DNA of 64,000 nt from Eledone cirrhosa. Taxonomy: Eukaryota. Shown in pieces: positions 13,752-28,656 of the stretch (position 1 is its first letter; every line of letters starts with the position of its first letter). The notes under the pieces are model-generated. The model searched no databases. It was not told where the DNA came from and saw nothing but the letters and a program-made list of their open reading frames with translations. The stretch lies in contig OZ024747.1 in assembly GCA_964016885.1 (NCBI GenBank), positions 81,344,001-81,408,000 on the forward strand. The letters are read 5' to 3'. Both the position numbers and the translations under genes were made by a program.

Positions 13752-15039
13752 AGGGAATAGTGTTTATATTAATGAGTCTCATGTCCAACTGTGAGCTTGA
13801 GCAGTTTCTTGTTTTAACTCCTCAAACTCCTGGACAGGGTTTACAAGTTGAAACAGCCTGCACACATCACACCTCTGATCTTCACATTCTAAAACATGTG
13901 TAAACTTCTCTTCTCTCACTCCCCCCCCCCACTAAGTATAACTGGTGTATACCTTCTTTTCTAGCAATATTTACAACACTCTGTTTTCCTCTTTTTTACC
14001 AAATATCCATATATATTACCATTTATCATCTATTTTCCATGCTCACATGGGTTAGTTGGATTCTCACATTCTGAGGTAACTTAGGTCACAATATCTTGCT
14101 CATATATTCCATTTTAGCTTGCTTTCTATGACTGTAGGCCATAAACAGGAAATACAAAGCTAGCATTGGTTGGATTTGAACTCAGAACATAAAGGGACAT
14201 AAATATATGCTGTAAGGCATGTTGTCTCATACTCTCTCGATACTGCCAACTATCACTCTCAATAATGGTTTCTGATGAAGGCACAAGGCCAACGAATTTG
14301 GAGGGAAGGGAAAGTCAATTATATTGATCCCAGTGAATAACCCAGAAAAATGAAAAGTACAGTTGACCGTGGCAGAATTTGAAGTCATAATATAAAGATT
14401 TAGAACTAATACAGCTAATTCATTTCTGATACTCTAACAACTCTGCCTTTATAATAATAAACATTTTGTTTATTGACCATATAGGCTAAAGTTGTTGTAG
14501 ATGCTACAAGAGTTAAATAGGAGACATAGGAGAACAAAGAACAACAGGGTGGGTTCCATAATAAACATAAGGACACATATATAAATAGATGACAATAGAC
14601 CTAACAGTACAGACAAAGTATAAGAAAAGAAAGGGATCCCAAAATTAGGTGAAAAACCACACAGAGTGATTCCAGGCATCCACAACACAACCCCAGATTA
14701 TCATGATACCAGAGGCAATGCCTTTCCCCAGTTCTAGTTAATGTGGACCCATATAGACATGATATTTTTGCCACTTTCAACCATATTTTGTAAAACTCAG
14801 AGGGGGGACAACACTTCTCTGCCTTCTTTCATTTTCTTCCTGAAAAAAAATAATGAGGTCTCGTCATGAGAGAAAATGCTTTGTGCTCAAATCATTCATA
14901 TTCATCTATCATATCAATTCCTACTTGACAGACAAACTACCTGCTCTTTGTTGCTAAAGGAAAGTGATGATATTCCCTTCAGAACAGGTTCAGCTACTAG
15001 CTGGATTTGTTTACCATGTGATAACAGTTTCACATATAC

Positions 15040-15137
15040 CTACAAATCAGAAATGGATGAGTTTGAACTGGATGGCCTTATCATCTTACACTCATCACAG
15101 AAGGCTTTGATAGGAGGTGGCCTCAGCAGGGCGGTGC
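15040..15137 (-). CDS. Candidate terminal coding exon of an unidentified host gene
   Basis: cttcag| acceptor with a weak pyrimidine tract. Phase-1 frame reads (G)TALLRPPPIKAFCDECKMIRPSSSNSSISDL*. Locally GC-rich. Confidence 0.25.
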
Positions 15138-15954
15138 CTGAAGGTTGATCATGAACAGGCAAATACACACTTTTGCACTGCCAGGCCAGGGGCATTTAGA
15201 AATACTCTATAATACCCAACCAAAAAATCCTTCAGAAGAAACTACTTTGACATCCAGTATTACTCTCGGGCTAAGTCATATCATTCACTAGTTGTTTATA
15301 AAATACAAGGGTTAATCTTCTATAAGCACAAGGCCAAAAATTGTGGAGGAGAAGTAAGTCAATTAAATTGACTCAGCTACTTGATTGGTACTGTATTTTA
15401 TCGAATCTAGAGATTAGAAATGCAAAGTTGATCTCAGAAGGATTTGAGCTCAGAATACCATTTGGTATTTTGTTCAATGTTCATACAATGTTGCTAATCT
15501 ACTCTCGTAATGATGATGATGATAATGATGATGATGATAATAATAGTAATAATAATAATAATAACAATAACAATAATAATAACAACAACAACAACAACAC
15601 AAATGTTTCCAGCATATAGATTGTTGAAAATCATGGACCAAATAATAAATGAATAAAGTAGAGTTATTTTAAATCATTCAGTAAAAGAAATTTCATCAGT
15701 AATTGATGGAAAGTAAAGAAAAGAAAAGAATAACAAATGTGTATATTCACATCCACACAATCTTATATATACCTTTTTGTATATACACAAATATAGAAAT
15801 ATGCATATGACATATATTTATATAAGCAAGAATAACATTACCAATATACAAGAGTGGTTCTAAAATATACAAACAAGCACACAACACACACATATGCACA
15901 TGTATAAAAACAAATATACACGTATATAGATAAGTAAGTATTCATGCACAAAGC

Positions 15955-16712
<758 letters not shown>

Positions 16713-16833
16713 TGAACCCATGTTTATACACATATACACATAGACAAACATACATAGCTATACATATAAACATACATATATAGATATATGCATGTGCAAA
16801 CACACATACATACAAACTCCGATGGTACCTTAC

Positions 16834-16842
16834 CTCAGGATA
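16834..16842 (-). CDS. Candidate 9-nt microexon
   Basis: tttaatctttgcgcctgtttgttgtcag|TATCCTGAG|gtaagg. Confidence 0.4.
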
Positions 16843-17246
16843 CTGACAACAAACAGGCGCAAAGATTAAACGAATCAACTTAATAAATCTACCAAATGAA
16901 ATTATAAAGAAAATCACAAGACTCAAATTGTCAACCCAAATTAAATGGTGAGGATGACAGTGAGTTGGTAGGTAGGAAGGTGAGTGGTGGTTGTGGGGGT
17001 AGATAAACATACAAACAAAATTGTAAAACCCATTAAGAGGAAAAAATGAATAAAATGAATCTTGGGGAGAAAAAATTTTATATATCTGGAAGTTATAATA
17101 ATAAAGAAAAATGAAATAAAAATTAAAAATTTTTTTTGTAGTTCAGTCTAGTAATTTGTTTAATTTATCACACACAGAAAAACCAAAAGGAAAATTAATA
17201 AATAATGTTAAAAAATCAAAACAATACGTAATAAATAATAATAATA

Positions 17247-18687
17247 ATAATTGTTTCTACTTTAGGCACAAGGTTAGTAATTTAAGGAGAGGGGAAAGTT
17301 GATCAAATAGACCCCAGTACATTACTGGTGCTTTATTTATATCAACCCCGTAAGGATAAAAGGCAAAGCTAACCCTGGGTGGGATTTGAATGCAGAAAGT
17401 AAAGTGACATAACAATATGCTTTAAAGCATGGTGTCTGCCACTGATACTGCCCTATAATAATAATAATTTCTATGTTAGAGGTACAAGGACAAAACTTGA
17501 CAGAATGTGGGTCATAGTTGATTTAATGGTTTCCATTAACTAACTGTTATATATATATATTATTGATACCCACAAGAATGGTAAAACATAAAATTGACTC
17601 TGGTTGTTTTTAAAATTAGAAAAAAAAGAAGTATTTAGGTCATTTTGCATAGGGAGAAATTCAAGTAATAGAAGATATAAAGTTCAGATATAATGAACTT
17701 AACACTTTTGTTAAGATATCTTTAATAAAAGACTTCAGATACCTGAATGGTAAAGTTTAACCTTGACAGGAATTGAAATCAGAACCTAAAAGGATGAGAT
17801 CAAATAATTGTTTCTACTTTTGGCACAAGGCCAGCAATTACCAGTGTATTACTGGTACTTTATTTTATTGACCCCGTAAGGATGAAAGGCAAAGCTAACC
17901 TCGGCAGGATTTGAACTCAGAACAAAAAGGGCCATAATTCTATGCTGCAAAGCATGGTGTCTGACGCTCTACCAATTCTGCCAATCCATTGGCACAAGGC
18001 AATTGGAAGGGAAAAGGAAGATTGATTAAATTGACCACAGTAGTTAACTGGTATTTTATTTTATGGATCATGAAAGGATGAAAGGCAAAGGTGACTTCAA
18101 CAGGACTTGAACAGTGTAAAGGGCCATAACTTTTTATGTTTTGAATTCAAATCCTGTAAAGGTCAAATTTTGTCTTTCATTCTTCCAAGGTCAATAAAAT
18201 TAAGTCAAGTTGTGGGATTAATATAATCAACTTTTGCCTCCCATCTATATTGCTGGCCTTGTACCTAAATGAGATGATGATGATAATTGTTTCTATTTTT
18301 GGCACAAGGCCAGCAATTACACCGGTGCATTACTGGTGTTATATTTTAGCGATCTCATAAGGATGAAAGGCAAAGTTAACCTCGGAAGGATTTGAACACA
18401 TACTGTAAAGGGCCGTAACTCTATGCTGCGTCCGACCCTCCACCGATGCTGCCAATCCATTGCCCTTAAATATAATAATAATTATTATAATTATCATAAT
18501 AATTGTTTCTACTTTAGGCACAAGGCCAGCAATTACCCAGTGCATTACTGGTACTTTATTTTATCGACCCTGTAAGGATGAAAGGCAAAGTCAACCTCGG
18601 CGGGATTTGAACTCAGATCGTAAAGGGACGTAACTATGCTGGAAAGCATGGCGTCCGACCTTCTACCGATACTGCCAATCCACCGCC
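17247..18687 (-). mobile_element. Cluster of ~6 Nin/Deu-domain tRNA SINE copies (mostly minus; one plus copy at ~18135-18270)
   Basis: Near-consensus copy at 18501-18687: GGCGGTGGATTGGCAGTATCGG...GAGTTCAAATCCCGCCGAGGTTGACTTTGCCTTTCATCCTTACAGGGTCGATAAAATAAAGTACCAG...GGCCTTGTGCCTAAAGTAGAAAC(AAT)n. Confidence 0.9.
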
Positions 18688-18950
18688 ATAATTATCATAA
18701 TAATGCTTTCTAATAATACTATAACTGGGACAATTTAGTTAACAGATGAATTTAATACATGGCCTGGTTGATTTTAAATTTGAATATATTATAAAGATCT
18801 TTGCTAAAAGTATTATTTTGCCAATGCTAAAAATATAACAGAGGTAAAGAAAATAAAAATAAAATGAAAAGGAGAAAGAAAACTGGAAGAAGCAGCAGAT
18901 GACTCTACGGACAACATTTCAAACATGGTGCAGGGATACAAAAAACTGAC

Positions 18951-18977
18951 CTGAGGGTCTCCTACCTCCAGGTTGGC
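18951..18977 (-). CDS. Candidate 27-nt microexon
   Basis: ctttctattttcttcag|GCCAACCTGGAGGTAGGAGACCCTCAG|gtcagt. Open in phase 0 (ANLEVGDPQ) and phase 1 (GQPGGRRPS). Confidence 0.55.
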
Positions 18978-21309
18978 CTGAAGAAAATAGAAAGTGTTGG
19001 ATATATATATATATATCAGAATTAAAACAGATAGACAGTATTGGTAATGGGTGGGTGTGTGGATAGGAAAAACAAAACAATGAGTTTAAAGATAAGAGAG
19101 GTAGAGAGAAAGAGAATTGTGTGGGAGTGGAAGGAAAAAGGGAAGAGAAAAATTAAAAGTGACGAAAAAAGAAATAGACAGAGGGGGAAATAAATATGGG
19201 AACACAGAAGAAAGAAAGAAAAAGCAAAACAAAAGTTGAAAAAAGATAATATAGTACAGAATAAGAGACAGAAAAAATAGAATTTCTCAATTGAATGAAA
19301 CGAAACAGTAGAAATATAATTGTTTGGATATTAATTATTCAGGCTGGTTCCTCTGTTTATATTTTTGTCCAATGTCATTTCGATAAAGAAATTAATCAGT
19401 GTTGTCAAGACTAAGATTACAATTTGTCTATGAAGTCAATGTGCTAGACTACTAAGCAAATATTTATGAGTTTCTAACTTTGCAGTAATAATTGTGTAAT
19501 GTCTTCTCAAAGATGGTCCATATTACTCTCTACTTATTTGTCTTTAATCTGCCTAATTTGAAAACAGGTCTCAGAAGTAGATAAGCATTGTGTTTGGAAG
19601 GCATTCAACAGTAAAACTAATTGATACTACAAGTTACATTAAAATAGCTAAAGTTTTTGAAAAGGCAATTAAAATTTTTTAAATAAAAAAATTACTAAGC
19701 AGAGAAAACAACTTCCAGCTAAGCTTCAAAGGATAGTTTATGCCAGAAGTTACTTTTCTGCTGATAACAGAAATCTGTTCTATCGCATGTTTAGTGAAAT
19801 AAGCAATGGTTAGAAGTACAAAAGATGTCCAACTATAAAAGTGTTCAGTCAACACCATGAAAATATCTAAATTTAGAAGAACAAAATATTGCCCAAACTG
19901 ACTTAGAGAACAAACATAAAATAACTAACAGCTAATTTATATATTATTCTCACTCTCACCTTCTTTCTCCTTTACACTAAACACTTACATAAATTGCTTT
20001 TGAGGATTTATTGAGAATACATTGTTGACTAATACCTAGAATAAAACTGTAAAAAATACTTCACTAATTGATTACACTATCTCATGTCCTTAAACATTGG
20101 ATGGTTGTTGTCCCATGGTCCTAGCAGTCAGAATAGGGTTTCCTTAGAGAATAATTAGGGATGGTGGTGCTGAAAGAGGTAGTCCAACCTGCAGGGCTCA
20201 TTTATGTCTTGATTGCAGTAAGGAGGTGGTTCAAAGATTCAGGATATCAAATCTTTCCACCACTACAGGTTTCACGGTAAACCTCTCAAAGATAGACTCG
20301 TATGTTGGTTTATATGTAACTGCTTTCAAAACATCGACTTTAATTATATATAATCTCCTATATATTCCTCTATAAAACACTCTTCTTTCTCTGAAGATCC
20401 AACATCAAAAGTGGCATGTCATTATCTTCTGAACCTAAAAACCTCAATTCAAAGTGTATGGTACATTGTAAATGTTATATGTAAAATGGAGGTCTAAAAG
20501 ATTTACCTGTGTAATGCATACATGAGTATATCTTGTATTTTGTAAGAATCCCCCGCCTTCTCTTTCCCTCTCTATCACTTCTCTTTTATTGTTGTTATTC
20601 TTATCAAATATATACTTTATTGAAATATACTAAACCATCTAATATTTAATTTATAACAAATATTTCTAGAATTGGTGCACTAGAAATGGATTTCATTTGC
20701 ATGAATTAATTAAAAACCTTAAACTTTAGAAGTGTTTGTGAGTGTATCATTCGTCAAATGTTCAAAATATCTATCTCTATCGCTCATGGTTCACAAATAT
20801 ATAACCTAATTTGTTTACATCATATAGCAGTCTAAAAATAGTGAATGTCACTCCTAGTATGGTTTTTGTCTATTTGGATTGCTTCTAATTTGTGTATATA
20901 ACATCTGAAAAACATTATTAAGTTGTAAATACATAGTTTATACTTATGGTCTCTTATAATGGAAACATATTTTAAGGAATAAACATTTCTTTTACTGTTG
21001 TAGATATTTCTTAAGTAGAAGACATCAAAAGAAAAATATGACAAGTGAACATACACTAACAAACAAGTGTGTGTGTGTATGTGTGTGTGTGAGAGAGAGA
21101 GAGGGAGAGTGAGAAAGAGAGAGGGAGAGAGAGTGATTTGAAAAGAGTTGTCATAAACAGAGGAGGTAATAATGTTTGTGAAACTATGGTAAGAAGCTCT
21201 TCTGCAAAGGAATAAACAAATAACTTTTGGTTAAACATTTTAAATCACATCAGAATAGAAATAAAAATGAAAACAATAGTAACAACAGAAAAGCCAACAA
21301 ATACTATTA

Positions 21310-21565
21310 CAGGGGCTGTGGAACTGGTAGGGGGCGGGGGGCATGCCACCTCCCCCTCCAATAATAATATTTTCTTCCCAAACTACCAAAACACACATCT
21401 ATTTGTATATGCACTACAATTTATGTACATGTTATGTTTATCACATATCAAAGTTTCTGACCATTTTAGAGTGAAAAGAGCTAAGCTAATCACTACAACT
21501 AAATTGACCAAATTTACCCCCCCCCCCCCTCCTCCCCCCAATTCAGAAATGCTTCCACCACCTTT
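21310..21565. mobile_element. Decayed hAT-like MITE
   Basis: CAGGGGCTGTGGAAC + G-run at the left end; C-run + GCTTCCACCACC at the right end. Confidence 0.45.
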
Positions 21566-21944
21566 CTATTAATGGTACACAAGAGCTACACATATGTATG
21601 CGAGAGGTATAATTAATTACAAGGACCCCAATATTGTTTATTTTATTGACTGTGGAAGAATGAAAGTAAAGTTGATCTAGGGAAGGCTGATATCAGAATA
21701 TAAAGAGATGCAGGTAAATACAGCAAAACATTTGTTACACCATATAATTGATTTACTACAATGAATAATAATGTCTTAGCTAAGTAGAAGGTCACATATT
21801 TTAGGGGAGAACAATGTAGTCAATTTCATTGATCAAAGTATTTGTCTGGTATTTATTTCCTTGGTTTTTAAAAAATGCTGAGCACAGTTGACATCAACAA
21901 GATTTGAACTGAGACTTTGAAGAAATGAAATGTTATGGTCATTA

Positions 21945-22200
21945 CCATAACAGAAGTCTGATGAGCTTTTGATTTCAGAGTCAGGCCCGATCAATACAGA
22001 TCAAACCTTGAACTGATCAATCGCAAAACACACATGTCATACCTCAATGAATGTAATGAAAATGTAACACCCTGTCCATATTATTATTATTACACTCTAC
22101 TTAGTACAACACTAAAATACATACTAGGGACTACATAACCATTGAGTGATCCCTTTGGTGAACCTACATTAACTTGATATTACAATCACTGAACTATATG
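21945..22200 (+). mobile_element. Decayed Penelope pLTR-like repeat (HHR-bearing family), copy 1
   Basis: Similar to 23035-23360 (-) and 43810-43962 (-). CTGATGA-GC is present; GAAA is mutated. Confidence 0.65.
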
Positions 22201-23034
22201 TACATATATATAATAATAATAATAATAAAAAGGACGATTTGTTATGTCTTCATTACATTTATTGAATAGAACCTAAAGTAACTGGATGTTACTTTCAGGT
22301 GTCTGATCCCTCAAATTACCTACTTGTTAAAGAGGCAGACTAGGTTGACAGACATTTGTATATTTCATATAATCCTCAAACATGATCAGGACAACATACA
22401 GCCCATCTTCCATTAAGTTTCCCTCTACTCAATTCCACTCAGAAAGCTTAAAACTTTTGTGAGAAGTCACACATAAGGATCAAACCCAAGGACTCAAGAT
22501 TATGAATCAAAATTCACCTGTATGCACACAAAAATGTACATGTACCAACGTGCATGGATACATGTCTACATACAAATACTATTCAATTAAGTTCTGTTAG
22601 AATAGTTATTGACCCTTTTAACATTATTGTAAACAGTTTCATTTAAATAAGCAAAAAATATACAAATACACATGAGGTTATTTAATTCAAAGTATACAAA
22701 ACTCTCTTCCATTTTATAAATCTATAATTCAATAATTATTTTAAATTATGTATGTATGCATATAAACAAACATACAGGCATACATAAATATATACACATA
22801 TACATCAACATGTTCATCAAATATTCATATACACAAGCACCTACAAATTTGTAATTAGTTGTTGAGAACTTTTGGTGAATAAACGTTTTGGTTAGACAAA
22901 TTAAGAGATGCAACTTATATAGATTATATGTTATTGCACACATGCAAACATACATACATACACACACACATATATTCTTACACACATGTATATATATATA
23001 TATTATAATAATAATAATACAAGGACAATTTGTT

Positions 23035-23360
23035 AAGCCTTCATTACGTTTATTGATTGGTGACATGTGTTTCGCTATTGATCAGTTCAAGGTTCGATCT
23101 GTATTGATCTGGCCTGACTCTAGAATAAAAAGGTCGTTGGAACTCTGTTGTAGTAATGATAGAATGAATATACATGGCATATAAATGTCTAATGTTCATA
23201 TGTTGGTCAGTTTATGTTGTTTTGATTGGTGGGTTAGTTATGAGGAATGTTTTGGTTGTGGTTGTGGTAGGGTTGTGCAAGATATGAGATGAAAGAATGC
23301 AGTGTTGTACACCTCGCTACTGATGTGAACCTAAACACTGAGTGAACCTACAGTAACCCT
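23035..23360 (-). mobile_element. Decayed Penelope pLTR-like repeat, copy 2
   Basis: Retains GC-GAAA-CACATG-TC and AATAAA; CTGATGA is mutated. Confidence 0.65.
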
Positions 23361-23509
23361 GGATATATATATATATATACAAATAAAATTATCGAGAATC
23401 GGAACTTCGGCCCACAAAATAACGAAAAACAATCTTCGAAATGTGCGGCAAAGTGCTCAATGGTTCGGATATGCAGAGGTTATATTTAATTTGTTGGGAT
23501 TCAACAAGC

Positions 23510-23564
<55 letters not shown>

Positions 23565-24699
23565 GGTATGTTAGTGTATAAAAAGAAGGAGAAAAGAGGA
23601 TACATCCTATAGAAAGTAAAGGGCCATATCTATTAAATCTAAAACTTGAAATTTAGTAACTCCAAATTTCACCTTTACTATCTCTGAACAAATCTAATGA
23701 TTCCTTCTATCATTCATTAGATATTGTCTGAATATGAGATATGTGAAACACAAAGTACACACACAAACACACATATAAATATAAACATATATACATACAC
23801 ACAAATATCAAATAAAAATATTCTTCTCGTTAGAATAACAACATTACTTGTGTCTTTTATTTCTACTTTTTTTCCCCCATATATAAAAAAAAGAAATCTT
23901 GTACTTTCATAGCAAATAAAATTTCTTGATGAAATAAAATATTTGGTGTTTTCAAATTCAGATTTGATAAACAAGATCTAAATAAGTATTTGCTAATCAA
24001 CTTAACTGAATTCATTGCATTGTGAACCTTTTTTCATCTTGGTCAGTTTGCATGTGGTATATTATTGATTTTTAGAAATCACATTACAGCAACAATCACA
24101 ATATTCTGTTAAACAAACAACATTATTTGTGGTGTATATCATTGAAGCCATCATGCTGTCACTAAGCAATGTTTTGATTCTATGAAGAAGTATGTTAGTT
24201 ATATCATATCATTACCTTTTTCTTATTCACAATGTGTTTACCCATTTTGATATCTTATTTCTTATGTAATACACTTCCTATGTGTTTTAATTAATTTTGT
24301 GAATAATCTAAAGTTTGGGGAAATTTAGGAAAATTTCAATTTTAAGCTTAGGTTTTTGGAGAATTATTTAATAAACATTTCTTACATAAAATCATGATGG
24401 TAGCTTATAATATAAGTATGAACACTTTAAAACTAGTTCTTGTATTATAGAATCAGGAGAAGGTATAGACAGGTTGGTATTAAAAGAATTAATGTATTTA
24501 CCAAGATGTTAAATAATGCAAAATACACAACTTACATTTTCAGATGAAACCAATTCACAATTTTATATCTGACACATTTTTCAAATTTTTGCATGAAAAA
24601 CAATAACACTAATCTCAGATTCTTTTGCTAAGGATTGAAATACTCCGAAATATCTTTAAGTTCATATAAAAATTAGTTATGATGAAGGAAAAGAGGAAG

Positions 24700-25400
24700 A
24701 ATTTGTTTTGGGGGTAATTGTTGATCTGTAGAAAGCTTTCAATAGGGTTCCAGAAGAAGTAATGACATAGGCATTGAGAGAGTTACAAGCAGCGGAATTG
24801 TTTGTTAGAGTAGCAATAACAATGTTTGAAAAAGCTGGTACCATTGTAAGGATGAAAGACAGGAACAGTGATAATTTTGTAGTGGATGTTGAAGTGCATC
24901 CAATATGACTATGAATCTCACTACTACTTGTAAATGTGAGGAAGTGAAAGGAAGGGTTTACCATGAGAGTTGCTGTATGCAGAAGACTTGGAGTTAATAG
25001 AGTATGGGTGGACTGTGGAAAAAGATGAATAGGGTTAAAGAATGAACAGGAAGGTGGTTGAGTGAAGTGTGTCAGAAAAGTCTTAGAGTGAATTCCATTA
25101 AATGTACAATATACACTGGATGAATAGAGTATCACTGAGAAAGGAAATGAGAAAGGATTAATTGCAGAGGATGATAGGAACAGAAACAGTGATGAATGTT
25201 GTGAAGAGAGATGGAATGAAATGGTTGGGTCATGTGTTTCTGGGTGGTAGTGAAGGAAATGAATGTATAAGGAAGTAGAGGAAAGGGAATATCATGAAAG
25301 ACAGCTGAAGGTGATGGTAGAGGAAATGAAAATTAGGAGATTGGTGAAGGCGTTGCAGAAAATAGGAGAACATGAAGAAGCTTGTCATGGGTCCCACGTG
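24700..25400 (+). pseudogene. Ancient degenerate RTE RT fragment
   Basis: VDL*KAFNRVPEEV..ALREL and GLP*ELLYAEDL motifs with many stops. Confidence 0.7.
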
Positions 25401-26505
25401 GCTAATCTCTTCTTTAACAGAAGAGATGGTCTTAAAAAGATTGTTGTTGTATGATGATAATTAGGATTATCAATATTTTACCTTGAGAGAGAGAGAAACA
25501 ATGTTTCCCGGATAGGTTTACTTAACATCCATATAACACCATAAAATCAGAATTAAATATTATCTTTTCAAGAAAACTTTCAAGGCTTACAAGAGAGTCA
25601 TTTGCAAACATATCCCATAAAATGATGTCATAACTAATTTCATGTGCTATGGCACAACAAAATAAATGGAACATCAAATTTTAAACCTCAGTCATTGTGG
25701 CAAGTTAATTCTGCTACTTACCATCATAACAACACTATCATTACTTTACTGTAATCCAATCTTTCATTCACATCTACAGTGCCTAGAGATAACTTGAGAA
25801 GTTTCTAGAAATGGAAATTACTGATTAGATGCAATTTTCAACCTCCCAGCTCAGTTCAAATCTACTGTAGGAGTCATATTACATATTTCAGTTGGTCAGT
25901 ACCAATTTTACTTTGTACACAAATGTGATTATATATGGAGGTGTAAACAATTTAATTAGTAAACTTATTGAGTTTAGATCCTTAAATAACAAAGGCACAG
26001 GATTATACATCTTTGAAGAAGAATACATTCAATTAAATATCCCACCTAGTATTTAACATAAATATTTGATTAATCCTGAGAAGATATAAAGCAAAGTTGG
26101 CACTGACATGATTTGAACTCGGAATATAGTAGCTTTCAATCTAATACTGCTTTACAGATTGCATTCACTTACCATTCTTAGGACAATTATAACAACTGTT
26201 TTGTCAAGGCCATGTAAATATGAGGTTATAGGTGACTGAACTTAGATTTTATGCACTTATTTCAGAAACTCTTAAGGGATGACAAGCAATGACATCTTCA
26301 GTTTAAGAATATTTTTGTTTGTAAATATAGCATCATTTGTTCAATTTCACTTTTCATATCATCTGCTTTTCACTTCAATCTCTTTGCATGCATTAGTCTC
26401 TTTTCCAGCTTCACTATCATCAATCCATCTTCACATACACACTTACTCACACACACACACTCACATATATATATATGCATGCATACACACACACACAAGC
26501 ACTAC

Positions 26506-26640
26506 CTTTCTCTCAACCTTGAGAAAGATGACAATTTCTTCTAGCTTAATTGGATTTTTGACAGAAACCTCTAACTCTCCAATGTTTGTCAGTTTGGTTG
26601 GCGTGCAAGATTGATTAGCTAACCTCCCAAACAAACTCAT
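26506..26640 (-). CDS. Candidate initial coding exon (45 codons, phase 0)
   Basis: ATG with an in-frame upstream TAG. Reads MSLFGRLANQSCTPTKLTNIGELEVSVKNPIKLEEIVIFLKVERK, then the donor AAG|gtagtg. The other two frames are closed. Confidence 0.4.
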
Positions 26641-28093
26641 TTCCCCTTGGCACTATTGTTAGAACTCTAGAATCTTCCATTTCCTTTCACATCAGTATTA
26701 TTATACCAGTATTATTATAAAACCCCAGCTTCCAAACTAAAGCTTGTTGATTATGGTTTTACTACTGGAGCAGATGGCTTATATCCTGAAGGCACAGTGA
26801 AGGCAGGTTTTCTATCTTTTTTAACACAAAAACCTCAAAGAAATGCTTGGACATTTAATTTGTAGTTTCGCTTCTTTTCATCAATGTTGTAAAAGGTTAA
26901 AGTAGGTCCTTAACTGGTTAGTACAGCTTAATTATGAAGCTTTACATACATGCTGAAGATAATTTATTCAACCAGCAACAGAAGTATGGATGGCCATAAC
27001 AGTCTAAAGGGGAGAAATAGTTGATGAAAATGGAAACTGTTTATAATGATTAGTTCTAATTTCTTTATATAAAGTGGATGAGTGAGATATTTTCATTGGA
27101 CACAACACAATTCTACCATAGGTAAAAACCTCAGTGAATCTAAACATGTTTGCAGTAGGTTAGAAATGCAATAGATTATTTCAAATTCAAGACCAATGAG
27201 CAATTAGTTTAATAAACTATTCCTGTGGTTTTGTTTTTGCTTTATCTGAATATGGATTATGGATCACCTTTCACCTTATATGGATGAGAAAAAGTTGATC
27301 TCACTGTTTCTTTTTCAGAGAAGTTTTTATGCAACTTAAAATATTGTGATTGTAGTTTGTCTATAAGTTGTTTCACCACTCTTTGGAATATAAACTGCAA
27401 ATTGATGTTGTTTCCTTACAAGAGTATTTAGGTTACATGAAGCTTTTGTCAAAATTATTAGATTTCATCCAATCAGATTCACTTTGATTTTAATGTACCA
27501 AACAATAATTACTGCTTTTATCTTTTAATTTCAATCTGGAAAACATATTTTCATTGTGTTAGTATAATATACATAAAATTATTGTTCATTATATCAAACC
27601 TTACTGGAATTAAATGAATGTACATTAAAGTCTAATGAATGCATTAAAATATATTCAGTAAATATAAATATCAACTTTATTTGTAAGAAAAAATACTCAA
27701 TAGTGTGAACAAAACATTATAGATCAGCTTAATGAACATGGATAGCATAATTTTGCAGTACTAAATTATATCACTATAATGTGAATGCTAAGTAAAATCT
27801 ATTTACCAAACATATTACTTCATTTAAGTGGGCCTGAGTCAACATTTTCTAACACTCAAATTTATCATAAATTAACAAATTTTACCAAATTAATGTAAAC
27901 AGGTGTAAATATTTCAGATAATTTTATTTTCTCCCCTGAGATGCATTTAACTAAGTTTTGATAATTAAACACCATTTGAATGCATCATTTAAACCAGTGA
28001 TCAGCCTGCTGATTCCTCTACAACACATTAAAAAAACACTACACTTATTGCATATAGAAGGAATGCAGACATAGAATAACCTACACTATCTAT

Positions 28094-28325
28094 TTAACCT
28101 TTTTGGTACCAACCCACCTTAAACCACACCTGGTTCTCCAATACAAAACTGTTTTATAGTGTTTATATTTATCTCAAAATATTCCATCAACATTTTATGG
28201 AAGAAACTTTGTTGTGCTCCAAACACCAAAATATAATGAGAATTCTTTTCAAATTCTTGTTAATTTTCAAACTTATTAAAAAATCATTGACAATGTCTTT
28301 AGAAATATGGTAATATAAGTGTTAA
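28094..28325. mobile_element. Old TTAA-flanked MITE family B (other decayed copies at ~24238-24492, 32806-33012, 33956-34209, 36260-36497)
   Basis: Ends resemble TTAACCYTTT..TACC and AAATATGGTAA...GTTAA. Shared internal ttcttgat.attttcaaaattaattga motif. Confidence 0.6.
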
Positions 28326-28429
28326 ACAAAAGGAAGTATAAAACCTAATAAATACAGTATTTTTAGGTGTTTAATAAATGTAAACAACATGAAGAATATT
28401 CCAAATATTGCAGTGGCTATCAAAGTGTG

Positions 28430-28656
28430 ATAACTCTTTAGCATTTAAACCAGCTGCATCCAGCCAGATTTCTCTCATCTCTTTCTGTTCAAACCAGCCA
28501 AAGCTGGCCACACATATTGATGTTAAGGTATTGTTTTCAAAATAAATAATACCAAATCGCATAGATTTGACATTATGTGAAATATTATGTGAGATAAAAC
28601 CTTTACTGTGAAAATACAATTGTTTACATAGAGTAATGTAAATGCTAAAGGGTTAA
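28430..28656 (+). mobile_element. piggyBac-type MITE family A, copy 1
   Basis: TAACTCTTTAGCATTTA ... TAAATGCTAAAGGG TTAA. Confidence 0.85.
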
